A stretch of DNA of 64,000 nt, from NCBI GenBank assembly GCA_016125475.1, contig WGLR01000003.1:7945-71944 (forward strand), given 5' to 3'. More model-generated notes on the stretch are below. The model searched no databases. It saw only the letters and a program-made list of their open reading frames with translations, and was not told the origin of the DNA. Within the stretch, counting starts at the first letter, position 1. The stretch comes from Betaproteobacteria bacterium. Lineage in GTDB: Bacteria > Pseudomonadota > Gammaproteobacteria > Burkholderiales > Ga0077523. The DNA is not shown here.

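Noticed and set aside
4410-62863. Long + strand off-frame ORFs (for example 4410..8831 1473 aa, 10878..12719, 13029..16385 1118 aa, 42854..46222 1122 aa, 48455..50869, 56837..59608)
   Set aside because: They are Arg/Ala/Gly/Pro-rich low-complexity translations typical of the +1/+2 frames of GC-rich genes. They overlap the motif-bearing frames of G1 and G2 completely.
3313-63983. Very long minus-strand ORFs in the track (3313..9528 2071 aa; 9691..12438; 12790..15780; 15895..25020 3041 aa; 28173..31763; 31884..33122; 35655..41066 1803 aa; 41259..53117 3952 aa; 53670..59072 1800 aa; 59148..61019; 61194..62159; 62523..63983)
   Set aside because: Their translations are monotonous Arg/Val/Asp/His/Glu/Ala strings with no recognisable motifs. 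They lie exactly antisense to + strand frames that are full of textbook motifs (RTX, PKD, LamG, CARDB, HExxH, GxSxG). In GC-rich DNA with strong GC3 bias the antisense frames are depleted of stop codons, so these are shadow ORFs.
1-64000. tRNA/rRNA genes, CRISPR arrays, transposases/IS ends, integrases, secretion-system or glycosyltransferase genes
   Set aside because: I looked for direct-repeat/spacer periodicity, cloverleaf-like segments in the few non-coding stretches, and DDE/tyrosine-recombinase-like ORFs, and found none. The only non-coding gaps are 696-960, 1963-2089, 2846-3372 and 28051-28304.

Overview
GC-rich bacterial DNA, with G/C at most third codon positions. Every gene I can support is on the + strand. 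nt 1-2845 is ordinary metabolism: the 3' end of a molybdopterin-binding oxidoreductase large subunit (IorB/xanthine-dehydrogenase family), a clean rho-independent terminator, an XdhC/CoxI-family maturation protein and a classical SDR oxidoreductase. The remaining ~61 kb is two back-to-back giant genes. G1 (ATG 3373 to TGA 28050, 8,225 aa) contains, in order: a LEPR-type N-terminal leader, a ~1,650 aa orphan region, a ~640 aa RTX block, propeller-like repeats, five parallel beta-helix modules (four of them organised as 1.5-2.8 kb super-repeats with malectin-like and other sugar-binding-like inserts), a cadherin-like/He_PIG/PKD array, and a C-terminal Ig-cohesin-dockerin-cohesin cassette. G2 starts at ATG 28305 and is still open at nt 64000 (>=11,898 codons). 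It is NOT in the supplied ORF track because it has no stop codon inside the window. The track shows long antisense shadow ORFs over it instead. G2 contains, in order: the same leader motif, 12 alternating pairs of PPC-like jelly-roll domains interrupted by three LamG domains and one L-type-lectin-like domain, 17 CARDB-like domains, 9 cadherin-like domains, YD repeats, dockerin-like EF-hand loops, Big_2 domains, a glycine-zipper hydrophobic segment, a YVTN-type propeller, a pancreatic-lipase-like alpha/beta hydrolase with a plausible Ser-Asp-His triad, and an HEMGHALGLAD zinc-protease motif. It then carries the same PKD-Ig-cohesin-dockerin cassette as G1, which starts to repeat at the window edge. 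I saw no tRNA/rRNA, CRISPR array, IS element or secretion-system gene. All domain names are by-eye motif recognition from my own translation, not HMM hits. Domain boundaries are approximate (+/- ~30 nt).
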